DNA of 32,000 nt from Copranaerobaculum intestinale (lineage in GTDB: Bacteria > Bacillota_I > Bacilli_A > Erysipelotrichales > Erysipelotrichaceae). The first letter of the stretch is position 1; the number at the start of each line of letters is the position of its first letter. The notes under the pieces were generated by a model, which saw nothing but the letters and a program-made list of their open reading frames with translations, searched no databases and was not told the DNA's origin. This document shows, one piece after another, positions 17,046-25,787 of this stretch. The stretch lies in NCBI RefSeq assembly GCF_009831105.1, contig NZ_WUUQ01000008.1:13831-45830 (forward strand), read 5' to 3'. Position numbers and translations under genes: made by a program.

Positions 17046-19601
17046 ATGATAAAAAAATATGATTTACGCGGTCTTGACTGTGCCAACTGTGCAAATAAAA
17101 TAGAACGGCAGGTTCAGAAGCTAAGCGGTGTTACTGAGGCATCGATCAGCTTTGTGAATAAACAGATGCTGTTAGAAGTTACTGATTCTTTTGACGAAGC
17201 GGAAATGATTCATTTGATTCACAAATTGGAGCCGGAAGTACAAGCGGAGGAAATTCTAAAAGGAAAACGAAGTTATACTGCCGCCAAAACTAAGGAAGAT
17301 AAGAATATATGGAATCAAACTGATGATCATTGTGAAGGCGAAGGTCATATGCATCATCACGATCACGAGGCTGAATGCGGTTGCGGAAAGCATCATGAAC
17401 ATGAATGCTGTACTCATAAACACGATGCCAGCGGTTCTGAATGTGAATGCGGACATCACCATGAGCACGACAGTCAAGCGTGCAGCTGCGGACATGAGCA
17501 CGCGGAGCATACTGGACACAAGATCAGCAAAGCCAGTCAGTATCAAATTCAAAATTTGGATTGTGCCAGCTGTGCTGCCAAGGTGGAGGAAGCCATTCGC
17601 GGTCTGTCGTGTGTAGAAGATGCATCAGTCAACTTCGCTGCGGCGAAGCTGGCAATTCGTTTTGTGGATCAGACAGCTTCGGCTGAAAGCTTGAAAGAAG
17701 TAAAAAAAATAGTAAAACAGCTGGAACCAGAGGTTGTTATTCGGGAAGTATCCGATACATCTGCGTTACCTAAAAATCCTCATACGAAAGCATGGCTGCG
17801 ACTGTGCGCCGGTGTGATCTTCTTTCTTTTAGGGCTGATGTTTAAGGAAAAGGACTATGCCTTCTATTTATTTTTGATCAGTTTTGTGATATCAGGAGGC
17901 AAGGTTGTATGGCAGGCAGTACGCAATGTGCTGCGCGGAGAAATGTTTGATGAAAATTTCTTGATGAGCGTCGCAACAATCGGTGCTTTTCTGATCGGAG
18001 ATTATGCAGAGGGTGTTGCGGTGATGCTGTTCTATGAAGTCGGTGAGCTGTTCCAATCCATCGCTGTCAATCGCTCTCGTCAAAATATTTCCGATTTGAT
18101 GGATATTCGTGTGGATTATGCGAATTTGCTGATTGACGGAGAAGAAAAACGGGTAGATCCAGAGCTTGTTCATGTAGATGATATCATTCGCTTGAAGCCC
18201 GGTGAACGGGTACCGCTGGATGGGGTGCTCCTGTCCCAATCCGCATCATTGGATACCAGTGCGCTCAGTGGGGAAGCTTTGCCAAGAGAACTGTTAATCG
18301 GAGATGAAGTGCTGGCCGGAAGTGTGAATTTAAGCAAGGTGGCAGAGCTTCGAGTAACCAGAGAACTGGATGAATCCACCGTATCGCGGATTCTGGAGCT
18401 GGTGCAGAATGCCGGCAGCCGCAAGGCGCCGATGGAAAAATTCATTACGAAATTTGCCCGCTATTATACACCGGCGGTCGTGGCAGCCGCAGTACTGTTG
18501 GCGGTGATCCCGCCGCTTATAACCAATGATCCTTTCCAGATATGGCTGTATCGCGCATTGACATTCTTAGTTGTTTCTTGTCCGTGTGCGTTGGTGGTTT
18601 CCATTCCGTTGGGTCTGTTTGCCGGTATCGGCGGGGCAAGCCGCAAAGGAATTCTGGTTAAGGGAGGCAACTATCTGGAAGCATTAAAAGATATTGATAC
18701 CGTTGTTTTTGATAAGACCGGAACACTGACAAAAGGGGTATTTCGAGTACAGAAAATCATTGCGGAAAATCAGGAGCAGGTATTGGAGCTGGCCGCCTAT
18801 GGTGAAAGCTTCAGTTCTCATCCGATTGCCCGTTCGATTCTGGAAGCATATGGCAAACCGATTGATAAAAACCGTATTATTGAATGTGAAGAGCTGAGCG
18901 GACATGGGATCCGTGCGATGATTGATCAGCATGAGGTACTGCTGGGCAATGCTTTGCTGATGAACGCTCATGACATCACGGCTGAGGAAATACCGAGTGC
19001 AGGAACCGCTGTCTACGTTGGAATAGATGGTAAACTAGCAGGATGCATTGTTATAGCAGACGAGGTGAAAGAAAGCAGTGCCGAAGCGATAGCGGCTTTG
19101 AGACAGGTCGGAGTAAAGCGTACGGTTATGCTGAGCGGTGATCGCATGGCCGCGGTTGAGGCGGTCAAGGATCAGCTGAAGCTGGATGAAGTCTATGGGG
19201 AATTATTACCGCAGAATAAAGTAGAAAAAGTAGAGGAGCTGCTTGCATCTTTGCCGGATACGGGAAAGCTTGCCTTTGTTGGTGATGGAATCAACGATGC
19301 GCCGGTAATCGCCCGTGCCGATATTGGATTTGCGATGGGCGGCATCGGCAGTGATGCGGCGATCGAAGCAGCGGACGTCGTTTTGATGAAGGACGACCCG
19401 TTGGCAATCAGTGAAGCGATCGTAATCTCCCGTAAGACCAAGGCAATTCTTTGGCAGAATGTCATTTTCTCACTCGGCATCAAAGCCGCGGTCCTTGGGC
19501 TCAGCGCCTTTGGAATGGCTACGATGTGGATGGGTGTCTTTGCGGATGTTGGCGTAACCCTGATTGCCGTCATCAATTCTATGCGCGCCCTGCGGGTTTG
19601 A
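17046..19601 (+). CDS. heavy-metal P1B-type ATPase, Zn2+/Cd2+(/Pb2+) subtype, with two HMA domains and a His/Cys-rich linker
   Basis: HMA motifs are DCANCANKIE and DCASCAAKVE. TM6 has SCPCALV, the phosphorylation site is DKTGTLT, and the hinge is VGDGINDAP. N-x7-K in TM7 (QNVIFSLGIK) and D-x-G in TM8 (FADVGV) indicate P1B-2 rather than the copper type. Confidence 0.92.
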   Translation: MIKKYDLRGLDCANCANKIERQVQKLSGVTEASISFVNKQMLLEVTDSFDEAEMIHLIHKLEPEVQAEEILKGKRSYTAAKTKEDKNIWNQTDDHCEGEGHMHHHDHEAECGCGKHHEHECCTHKHDASGSECECGHHHEHDSQACSCGHEHAEHTGHKISKASQYQIQNLDCASCAAKVEEAIRGLSCVEDASVNFAAAKLAIRFVDQTASAESLKEVKKIVKQLEPEVVIREVSDTSALPKNPHTKAWLRLCAGVIFFLLGLMFKEKDYAFYLFLISFVISGGKVVWQAVRNVLRGEMFDENFLMSVATIGAFLIGDYAEGVAVMLFYEVGELFQSIAVNRSRQNISDLMDIRVDYANLLIDGEEKRVDPELVHVDDIIRLKPGERVPLDGVLLSQSASLDTSALSGEALPRELLIGDEVLAGSVNLSKVAELRVTRELDESTVSRILELVQNAGSRKAPMEKFITKFARYYTPAVVAAAVLLAVIPPLITNDPFQIWLYRALTFLVVSCPCALVVSIPLGLFAGIGGASRKGILVKGGNYLEALKDIDTVVFDKTGTLTKGVFRVQKIIAENQEQVLELAAYGESFSSHPIARSILEAYGKPIDKNRIIECEELSGHGIRAMIDQHEVLLGNALLMNAHDITAEEIPSAGTAVYVGIDGKLAGCIVIADEVKESSAEAIAALRQVGVKRTVMLSGDRMAAVEAVKDQLKLDEVYGELLPQNKVEKVEELLASLPDTGKLAFVGDGINDAPVIARADIGFAMGGIGSDAAIEAADVVLMKDDPLAISEAIVISRKTKAILWQNVIFSLGIKAAVLGLSAFGMATMWMGVFADVGVTLIAVINSMRALRV

Positions 19602-19608
19602 TAAAAGA

Positions 19609-19637
19609 TTGTATAACCATTAAAAAGTGTTTATAAT
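19609..19637 (+). promoter_or_regulatory. possible internal promoter TTGTAT-17-TATAAT upstream of the thioredoxin-like lipoprotein gene
   Basis: Hexamers read at 19609-19614 and 19632-19637. No terminator lies between the ATPase stop and this site. Confidence 0.45.
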
Positions 19638-19664
19638 AAGTACGACATTCCCCAGGAGGTAATT

Positions 19665-20099
19665 ATGAAAAAAATACTCATTTGCGGTTTTGCCTTGTTG
19701 ATGCTGGTGAGCGGCTGTTCCAAAAGCTATGAACGCGATGATTCAGCCGGTGAAGTGCGCTATATTAATTACAGCGATGCGCTGAAAATGAAAAAGGAAA
19801 ACAAAACCTTCCTGTTAATGCTGACGATGCCGACCTGTTCACATTGCCGGGATATGGAAGAAATGCTGGAAACATATCTATTGAATCATCATGTGATCGT
19901 TTATAATGCAGCGATGATCGATGATGAAGGTAAGGAGATTTCCACTGAGGAAGCACAGCAGGTATTCCTACAATTCTCCGGAACGCCGGATATCAACTAT
20001 ATTAAAAAGGGCGTTATCGAGGATCATTTCAGCGGATTTATGAGCAAGGATAAATTTGATGAATTTGTAACTGACAATCAGCTGGATAAAAAAAAGTAA
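19665..20099 (+). CDS. thioredoxin-fold lipoprotein with a CSHC active-site motif
   Basis: The signal peptide has lipobox LVSGC. TMPTCSHCRDM is a CxxC motif and FSGTPDINYIKKG is the cis-Pro loop region of Trx-like proteins. It resembles PedC/BrcD-type bacteriocin transport accessory thioredoxins. Confidence 0.7.
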   Translation: MKKILICGFALLMLVSGCSKSYERDDSAGEVRYINYSDALKMKKENKTFLLMLTMPTCSHCRDMEEMLETYLLNHHVIVYNAAMIDDEGKEISTEEAQQVFLQFSGTPDINYIKKGVIEDHFSGFMSKDKFDEFVTDNQLDKKK

Positions 20100-20103
20100 G
20101 CGG

Positions 20104-20140
20104 AAAAACAGAAACCTAGTCAAAGAGTTTCTGTTTTTTT
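20104..20140 (+). terminator. rho-independent terminator
   Basis: 12-bp stem AAAAACAGAAAC / GTTTCTGTTTTT with a trailing T run. Confidence 0.85.
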
Positions 20141-20190
20141 ACGATAAAGTTGTTACAAATGTAAACTGTTATGAAAATTTTTTAAATAAG

Positions 20191-20219
20191 TTGATAATTT
20201 GTTTCATAACAATTATAAT
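20191..20219 (+). promoter_or_regulatory. sigmaA promoter TTGATA-17-TATAAT upstream of the FMN oxidase operon
   Basis: Hexamers at 20191-20196 and 20214-20219. An inverted repeat GTTATGAAA (20168-20176) / TTTCATAAC (20202-20210) brackets the -35. Confidence 0.65.
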
Positions 20220-20247
20220 AGATAAGACAGACAAGGGAGTATGAGAT

Positions 20248-21270
20248 ATGGAAAACTGGAACGAAGTGCTGAATCAGGCAAAAACATCGGCCGTTAAATG
20301 TCGCTGCTGCCCGATCTGTAATGGATTGGCCTGCCGCGGAGAAACTCCCGGAGTAGGCGGAAAAGGAAGCGGATCTTCTTTTGTGAGAAACTTTGAATCA
20401 CTTCGTCATATCCTGCTTGTCATGGATACGATCGTTTCTAATGAAGAGGTGGACACATCCGCTGATTTTTTTGGTCATAAGGTTTCCCTGCCGGTTTACG
20501 CGGCGCCGATCAGCGGAATTAAGCAAAATTATGGTGCTGAAATGAATGACGGCGAGTATTCGGAATACCTTGTGGACGGATGCCTGAAAGCCGGTACCCT
20601 GGCATTTACCGGTGACGGCATGATCGATGCGATGTTTACCGATCCGTTAGATGTCATTAAAAAACATGGCGGTCTGGGAGTTCCAACAATCAAACCATGG
20701 TCAAAAGACGCGTTCACATGGCGCGCAGAAGCTGCTAAGGAAGCCGGTGTGCTGGCGGTAGCGACTGACGTGGATGCATCGGGACTGGCTAATCTGAGAA
20801 ATTCTACAACCCCGGTCGGCTTTAAAGATGTCGATAGTTTACAGGAAATAAAACAGCTCGTGGCAAAGCCATTGATCGTGAAAGGTGTTTTGAGTGTTGC
20901 CGGGGCGATGAAGGCGTTGGCTGCCGGCGCTGATGGTATTTTGGTATCGAATCACGGGGGACGAGTATTGGATGACTGTCTTTCCGGTATGGATGTCTTA
21001 GAAGAAATTGTGGAAGCGGTAAAAGGCCGTATGAAAATTTTTGTGGATGGTGCCTTCCGCAGCGGAACTGATGTGTTTAAGGCACTGGCGCTGGGTGCTG
21101 ACGGTGTTTTGATCGGCAGACCGTTATCATTGGCGGTTATCGGGGGACATGTTGAAGGTGTGGAAATCTATTTTCAAAAAATTACCCAAGAATTGAAGGA
21201 TGCCATGGCGATGACCGGCTGTAAAAAAATCACGGATATTACACGTGATAAAGTACGTTTTATAGATTGA
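20248..21270 (+). CDS. FMN-dependent alpha-hydroxy-acid oxidising enzyme family protein with an N-terminal Cys motif
   Basis: VSNHGGRVLD, FVDGAFRSGTDVFKALALGADGVLIGRP and KGV... are TIM-barrel FMN_dh motifs. The N-terminus carries CRCCPICNGLACRG. Confidence 0.8.
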   Translation: MENWNEVLNQAKTSAVKCRCCPICNGLACRGETPGVGGKGSGSSFVRNFESLRHILLVMDTIVSNEEVDTSADFFGHKVSLPVYAAPISGIKQNYGAEMNDGEYSEYLVDGCLKAGTLAFTGDGMIDAMFTDPLDVIKKHGGLGVPTIKPWSKDAFTWRAEAAKEAGVLAVATDVDASGLANLRNSTTPVGFKDVDSLQEIKQLVAKPLIVKGVLSVAGAMKALAAGADGILVSNHGGRVLDDCLSGMDVLEEIVEAVKGRMKIFVDGAFRSGTDVFKALALGADGVLIGRPLSLAVIGGHVEGVEIYFQKITQELKDAMAMTGCKKITDITRDKVRFID

Positions 21271-21280
21271 GGAGGTTTTT

Positions 21281-21670
21281 ATGCAATCATTTGAAAATAA
21301 TGCTTTTTTCTGGCAGAAGCTGGATACGTTATTTTTATCCAGTAAATTGGTGATCGATCGTCCCAAGAATACCTGCCATTATAAATATTCGAATTTGATC
21401 TATCCGGTGGATTACGGATATCTGTGTGATACGATGGGCAGTGATCAATCTCCGATTGATGTCTTCCGCGGTTCTAAAAAATCAACCTTGGTGCAGGCGT
21501 TGATCGTCAGTGCGGATATTTTGAAAAAGGATTGTGAAGTAAAGCTTTTGATCGGTTGTACTGATGAGGAGGAAGAAGAAATTTTGGTCTTTTTGAATCA
21601 GACAGAATTTCAGAAAGCAGTCATGATCCGCAGGGGAAATGAAGTGCCGGAATGGGGACAGAACGACTAA
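21281..21670 (+). CDS. small inorganic-pyrophosphatase-like protein (truncated family I PPase-like fold)
   Basis: LVIDRPKNTCHYKYSNLIYPVDYGYL....SPIDVF resembles the DRPxGSxHP...YPVNYGY...DGxxxD core that I recall from about 120-aa proteins annotated as inorganic pyrophosphatase in Clostridia. SD GGAGG is present, and the gene starts 10 nt after the oxidase gene. Confidence 0.5.
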   Translation: MQSFENNAFFWQKLDTLFLSSKLVIDRPKNTCHYKYSNLIYPVDYGYLCDTMGSDQSPIDVFRGSKKSTLVQALIVSADILKKDCEVKLLIGCTDEEEEEILVFLNQTEFQKAVMIRRGNEVPEWGQND

Positions 21671-21672
21671 TG

Positions 21673-21706
21673 AGATAGGCGTGAAACGATCGCTTATCTT
21701 TTTATT
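21673..21706 (+). terminator. rho-independent terminator
   Basis: Stem AGATAGGCG / CGCTTATCT (one G-U pair), then TTTTATTT. Confidence 0.65.
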
Positions 21707-21795
21707 TGATAATTGAAATTGATTGTTTAAGTTTATAGCATTTTATGTATGTTTAGGTTAAAATATCCATATAGTATATACAAGGAGTGGTTTGC

Positions 21796-22281
21796 ATGAA
21801 GAAATATATGCTGATAGTTTGCTGTTTGATGCTTTTGGGACTGACGGCCTGCCAAGATAAAGCAGGTGCCTGCAAGGATGATTCGCTGGAAATTGCAAAG
21901 CTGATGGACAGTATCAATACAAAAACAAACGATAACGACTGGAAAGCCGGAATTTTACAGGATAACAGCATAGATGCAGCTAGCCTGCAGAATCTGTATC
22001 ACATCAATTCCACAGATGTGCAGGAATATACTGTACGAACGGCACTTTTGGAAACCGATGCGACAGAAATTGCGATTTTTCATGTGACCAATGATAAAAT
22101 GCAGGAAGTAAAGGATGGAGTTGCTTACCGAATTGAGTCATTAAAAACAAAATGGAAAGAGCTTGATAAAAAACAGTATGAGCTGGTGAAAAAACATAAG
22201 ACATTCCAGTGCGGAAATTATTATTTTTTAGTGATTGCGAAGGATGCGGATGCGATTGCAGATTATATGGAAAGCTATTAG
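21796..22281 (+). CDS. DUF4358 domain lipoprotein
   Basis: MKKYMLIVCCLMLLGLTAC is a lipobox signal. ATEIAIFHVTNDK...VKDGVAYRIESLKTKW is typical of DUF4358. SD AAGGAG lies 8 nt before ATG 21796. Confidence 0.65.
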   Translation: MKKYMLIVCCLMLLGLTACQDKAGACKDDSLEIAKLMDSINTKTNDNDWKAGILQDNSIDAASLQNLYHINSTDVQEYTVRTALLETDATEIAIFHVTNDKMQEVKDGVAYRIESLKTKWKELDKKQYELVKKHKTFQCGNYYFLVIAKDADAIADYMESY

Positions 22282-22290
22282 AGGCTGTCT

Positions 22291-23106
22291 ATGAATAAAA
22301 TCAAACAGCTTTATAAGGAATATACGTCCTTTGAGGGCAGTCTGTTTCGATATTCATTAGCATTTTCGCTACTATTGGCGATAGCGCCGTCATTGGTAGT
22401 ATTTGCGATGATGTTTAACTTTGCATTATTGAAACCGGCGTTATTGATTAATGTTATGAATATGCTGCATATACCGGTGGTTTTGTTTGAATCGATTTTT
22501 GACTGGTTTTTGAATAAGGAGTATGACTTCATACCGTCGATTGTGATTTTGTGTTTATCCTTCTGGCTGGCATCGCGCAGCGTGTATTCCTTTCTCTTGA
22601 TCAGTGCCAATCACGAAGAAGTGAAGATTCCCAAAACGGTGATTCGCGTACAATCGATCATCATGTTTATTATACTGGCAGTCATGATAGTCGGTTCGGT
22701 AGTTGTGGCATCAATCCTGTCACATATTCTGCCGCTGATTACAGCCGTGCTGATGGTACCAATTTTTGTGGTAATGTATCGAGCACTATCTTTCCGCAAA
22801 CGATCCTTGGGCTTCGGCCTTATCGGAGCGGTATTTTCAACTGCGGCGATCATGGTAATCAGCTTCTTATCATTTCTATTGATCCGCCGCTTTACATCCT
22901 ATTCGAATATTTACGGACCGCTGGCATCACTGGTTGCGCTGCTTTTGGTTATTTATATCATATCCAGCGTCTTCTATGCGGGTTACTGTTTGAACATTGT
23001 ATTTGATGATTACTATGAAAAGGAGTATATGCTGCCGATGAAGCATAAGCGGTTTTATGCGCTATGTGAACGGATTTATAAAAAATTACCGGTTAAATGG
23101 GATTGA
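22291..23106 (+). CDS. YihY/BrkB (virulence factor BrkB, former 'RNase BN') family membrane protein
   Basis: 271 aa with 6 TM segments. The N-terminal SLAFSLLLAIAPSLVV pattern is characteristic of the YihY family. Confidence 0.7.
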   Translation: MNKIKQLYKEYTSFEGSLFRYSLAFSLLLAIAPSLVVFAMMFNFALLKPALLINVMNMLHIPVVLFESIFDWFLNKEYDFIPSIVILCLSFWLASRSVYSFLLISANHEEVKIPKTVIRVQSIIMFIILAVMIVGSVVVASILSHILPLITAVLMVPIFVVMYRALSFRKRSLGFGLIGAVFSTAAIMVISFLSFLLIRRFTSYSNIYGPLASLVALLLVIYIISSVFYAGYCLNIVFDDYYEKEYMLPMKHKRFYALCERIYKKLPVKWD

Positions 23107-23126
23107 AATTTCATCCCATTTTTTAA
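23095..23126 (+). terminator. rho-independent terminator overlapping the yihY-like stop
   Basis: Perfect 9-bp stem AAATGGGAT / ATCCCATTT followed by TTTTT. Confidence 0.75.
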
Positions 23127-23192
23127 TGTTGTATGGTATGATGGTTACAAGTGTTATGTAGAAAGAACACAGAAATGTGAAAGAGGTCAGAT

Positions 23193-24509
23193 ATGAGAGT
23201 CAGAATAGAAAAAATGGGAATCAATGGCGAGGGAATCGGTTACATTAATAAAAAACCGGTATTTGTACCGGGAGCGTTGGTAGAGGAAGAGGTCGATATT
23301 GAAGTCGTACAGCAGTTTAAGACGTATGCGATCGGAAAGATGAAACGCGTTGCAGTATTTTCAAAGCATCGAGTGAAACCGAAATGTTATGTTCAGGGAC
23401 GATGTCAGGCATGTTCACTGATGATAGCTGATGCTGATGCACAGCTGGAGTATAAAAGGGATTTGTTAAAGCAGTCGCTGATCAAATATGCGCAGATCAA
23501 TCCGAGATTAATCGAACCGATGGTTGGCGGTGAACAGTCATTCGGATATCGCAATCAGTGCAAACTGCCGATAGTGAAAAATAAGGAAACCGGAGTGCTG
23601 GAAAGCGGTATGTATATTCCGAATTCCAATTATTTTTTGCCGATTGAACACTGTATCATTCATGAGCCGGGTATTGAAAACATGCGTAAACAGATCATGA
23701 AGGTACTGAATACTTATAAATTAAGAACCTATGATTATCATCAGAAGCGCGGGATTCGAACCCTGATTATCCGTGGATTTGAGGGAGCGTTTCAAGTGAC
23801 GCTGGTGACCGGTGAGGATAAACTGCCGGAATCTATGATCGAGGAATTGATGGCGCTGCCTGGTATGGTTTCGCTGTGGCAGAGTATTCATACAATTAAA
23901 AAAACCCCCGATATCTTTGGGAAGAAAATGATTTTATTGGGTGGGGAATCACGGCTGCCGTTTGTATTTGATGGACTGAAGCTGCAGGTATCACCGCGCT
24001 CATTTTTTCAGTTGAATACTGAACAGGCGAAAAAGCTGTATCATACGATTCTGGAAATGGTGAAAGGGCCGAAAGATTTGATCGTTGAGGCGTATTCGGG
24101 AATCGGAGCGATATCGCTGTACTTGAAGGATCAGGCGAAGGAAATCATCGGGATTGAAAGCATTAAGGATGCGGTGGTGAATGCGGCGCAGAATGCAAAT
24201 ATGAATCAAGCGGATAATGTAAGGTTTATTTGTGCGGATGCGGGAGAAAAATTAACGTATATTGCGAAGAAGCGGAAGCTGGATATGGTGATTGTCGATC
24301 CACCGCGGACGGGATTGGATGATGTGATGCTGGAATGTTTGATTCGTAGTAAGGTGAAGGAAATCATTTATGTTTCCTGCAATCCGGCAACCTTAGGTAA
24401 GAACTTAGATGTACTGTGTAATTATTATAAGGTGGAGCGGATCGTGCCGATTGACATGTTTCCAAACACCCAGCATGTAGAATGTATCGTAAAGCTTGTT
24501 AGAGTGTAA
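23193..24509 (+). CDS. 23S rRNA (uracil-C5)-methyltransferase, RumA/RlmCD family (TRAM domain, Fe-S Cys cluster and SAM MTase)
   Basis: An N-terminal TRAM-like domain (IEKMGINGEGIGY), Cys cluster CYVQGRCQACSLM, FFQLN, VDPPRTG and YVSCNP motifs are present. Confidence 0.9.
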   Translation: MRVRIEKMGINGEGIGYINKKPVFVPGALVEEEVDIEVVQQFKTYAIGKMKRVAVFSKHRVKPKCYVQGRCQACSLMIADADAQLEYKRDLLKQSLIKYAQINPRLIEPMVGGEQSFGYRNQCKLPIVKNKETGVLESGMYIPNSNYFLPIEHCIIHEPGIENMRKQIMKVLNTYKLRTYDYHQKRGIRTLIIRGFEGAFQVTLVTGEDKLPESMIEELMALPGMVSLWQSIHTIKKTPDIFGKKMILLGGESRLPFVFDGLKLQVSPRSFFQLNTEQAKKLYHTILEMVKGPKDLIVEAYSGIGAISLYLKDQAKEIIGIESIKDAVVNAAQNANMNQADNVRFICADAGEKLTYIAKKRKLDMVIVDPPRTGLDDVMLECLIRSKVKEIIYVSCNPATLGKNLDVLCNYYKVERIVPIDMFPNTQHVECIVKLVRV

Positions 24510-24633
24510 TAATCTAATAAAGAAAAGGATGATTTCATATTTCATGAATCAGATAATTATCATTGATGAATGCTTGACATCCTGTTATCTTTTAGAAAGC
24601 AGAGTTTATAAGTATAACAGTCTTTTGCGGAAT

Positions 24634-24670
24634 AAAACCCTAATTCAATGTCTGAACTAGGGTTTTTATT
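24634..24670. terminator. bidirectional terminator between the convergent methyltransferase and C_GCAxxG_C_C genes
   Basis: 13-bp stem AAACCCTAATTCA / TGAACTAGGGTTT (one mismatch), flanked by an A run and a T run. Confidence 0.75.
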
Positions 24671-24693
24671 TATTCTTTATAAACCATTGTTTA

Positions 24694-25101
24694 TTATTTT
24701 ATACCGGCGTCCCATTCCTGTATAACGTGTTCTAAAACTTCCGCGCCGAGCGCAACGGTATTTTCACAGCCTTGTTCTGCACTATGAAAGCGGGGCTTTA
24801 TCTGACTGCATAATCTGGAACCCATTTGCTTTTGGAATGCAATGACCAGCTTCTGGGTTAGAGCGCGCAGATCAGGACAATCATGAGCTTTGGATTCAAC
24901 ATAGCGGGAACTAATAACACAAGCCGCACCGCTTAAAGCACCGCATACGTCACCAATTTGAAAGCCTCCTCCAAAGGCTGCAGTCATTTTCATATCGTGT
25001 TCATGTAATCCAAGCTCGTATACATCATTTCCCGCTCGTATGATGCTTTCCGCACAGTTGTAACCCTTTTTGTAATACGCGACCGCTGCTTCTTTCAACA
25101 T
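24694..25101 (-). CDS. C_GCAxxG_C_C family putative redox-active protein
   Basis: GYNCAESI...DVCGALSGAAC...CSQI...C matches the family-defining C-GCAxxG-C-C pattern. ATG 25101 (SD AAGAGGT 7 nt upstream) is preferred over ATG 25119. Confidence 0.75.
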   Translation of the reverse strand: MLKEAAVAYYKKGYNCAESIIRAGNDVYELGLHEHDMKMTAAFGGGFQIGDVCGALSGAACVISSRYVESKAHDCPDLRALTQKLVIAFQKQMGSRLCSQIKPRFHSAEQGCENTVALGAEVLEHVIQEWDAGIK

Positions 25102-25340
25102 AGCTGTACCTCTTTTCATAATAAAATCCTACTATGAAATTATATCACAAAATTGTTTGATTTCATCTTTTACATGTTGTCTGTGCGTATCGTTGTTTTA
25201 AATAAGGTTTTAGATAAATTCATGTGTTGAGTTTGTTTCAAACATGATAAAATATTTGATAATGAGATAGCATCAATATATAAAAAGCATAAAAAGAATT
25301 TCATGATTCTTTGGTGTGTCGAATTGGAAAGGATATTCAT

Positions 25341-25787
25341 ATGCAAAACGAAACAATGGAAGAATTAAAAAACCGATTAAATTCATCTTCGCAATATCTG
25401 CAAGGTAATGATATGCATGTAGTTGAGGTAAAACAGGGATATGCGAAAGTAGAAATGCTGATTGATGAACAGATATTAAATGTTCATGGATATGTGCATG
25501 GCGGAGCACTTTATTCATTAGCTGATACGGCGGCGGGAGCCGCAAGCTTTGCGACGGGAAGAGACAGCGTCACCCTTTCAGGCAGTATCAATTATATCAA
25601 GCCCGGTACGGGAGGGAAGCTGTTTGGAATTGCCCAGGAAATCTCTGCCGGAAGAACGACCGGAGTGTATGAGGTGTTTATTTTTAATGATCAAGATATA
25701 CTTTTAACCCGAGCGACATTTACAATGTTCTTTTTGGATGGTGATCGGTATCATAAAGGGGAAGAAAAAAGAGGAAAAGCATCATGA
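25341..25787 (+). CDS. PaaI-family hotdog-fold thioesterase (paralogue 1)
   Basis: NVHGYVHGGALYSLADTAAGAAS is the PaaI/TIGR00369 signature. ATG 25341 has the purine-rich stretch GGAAAGGA ending 7 nt upstream. Confidence 0.8.
   Translation: MQNETMEELKNRLNSSSQYLQGNDMHVVEVKQGYAKVEMLIDEQILNVHGYVHGGALYSLADTAAGAASFATGRDSVTLSGSINYIKPGTGGKLFGIAQEISAGRTTGVYEVFIFNDQDILLTRATFTMFFLDGDRYHKGEEKRGKAS

Noticed and set aside
17256-17616. Two ORFs (97-98 aa) overlapping the His/Cys-rich linker region on both strands
   Set aside because: They are artefacts of the CAT/CAC/GAA-rich repeat coding region, which keeps several frames open. The ATPase frame is continuous and conserved on both sides.
19193-19576. 127-aa antisense ORF within the P1B-ATPase gene. 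Similar antisense ORFs occur at 17892-18239, 18170-18445, 6419-6766, 4509-4901 and 12828-13211.
   Set aside because: All lie antisense to strongly supported conserved genes, lack SD sequences, and have low-complexity Ala/Ser/Ile/Pro-rich translations typical of antisense frames.
22551-23006. 151-aa alternative-frame ORF inside the yihY-like gene
   Set aside because: The real frame encodes a coherent 6-TM protein. The alternative frame has no SD and an odd composition.
24529-24660. 43-aa ORF in the methyltransferase / C_GCAxxG intergenic region
   Set aside because: The ATG directly abuts the AAGG, so there is no spacer. The ORF runs into the bidirectional terminator stem, and its composition is not protein-like.
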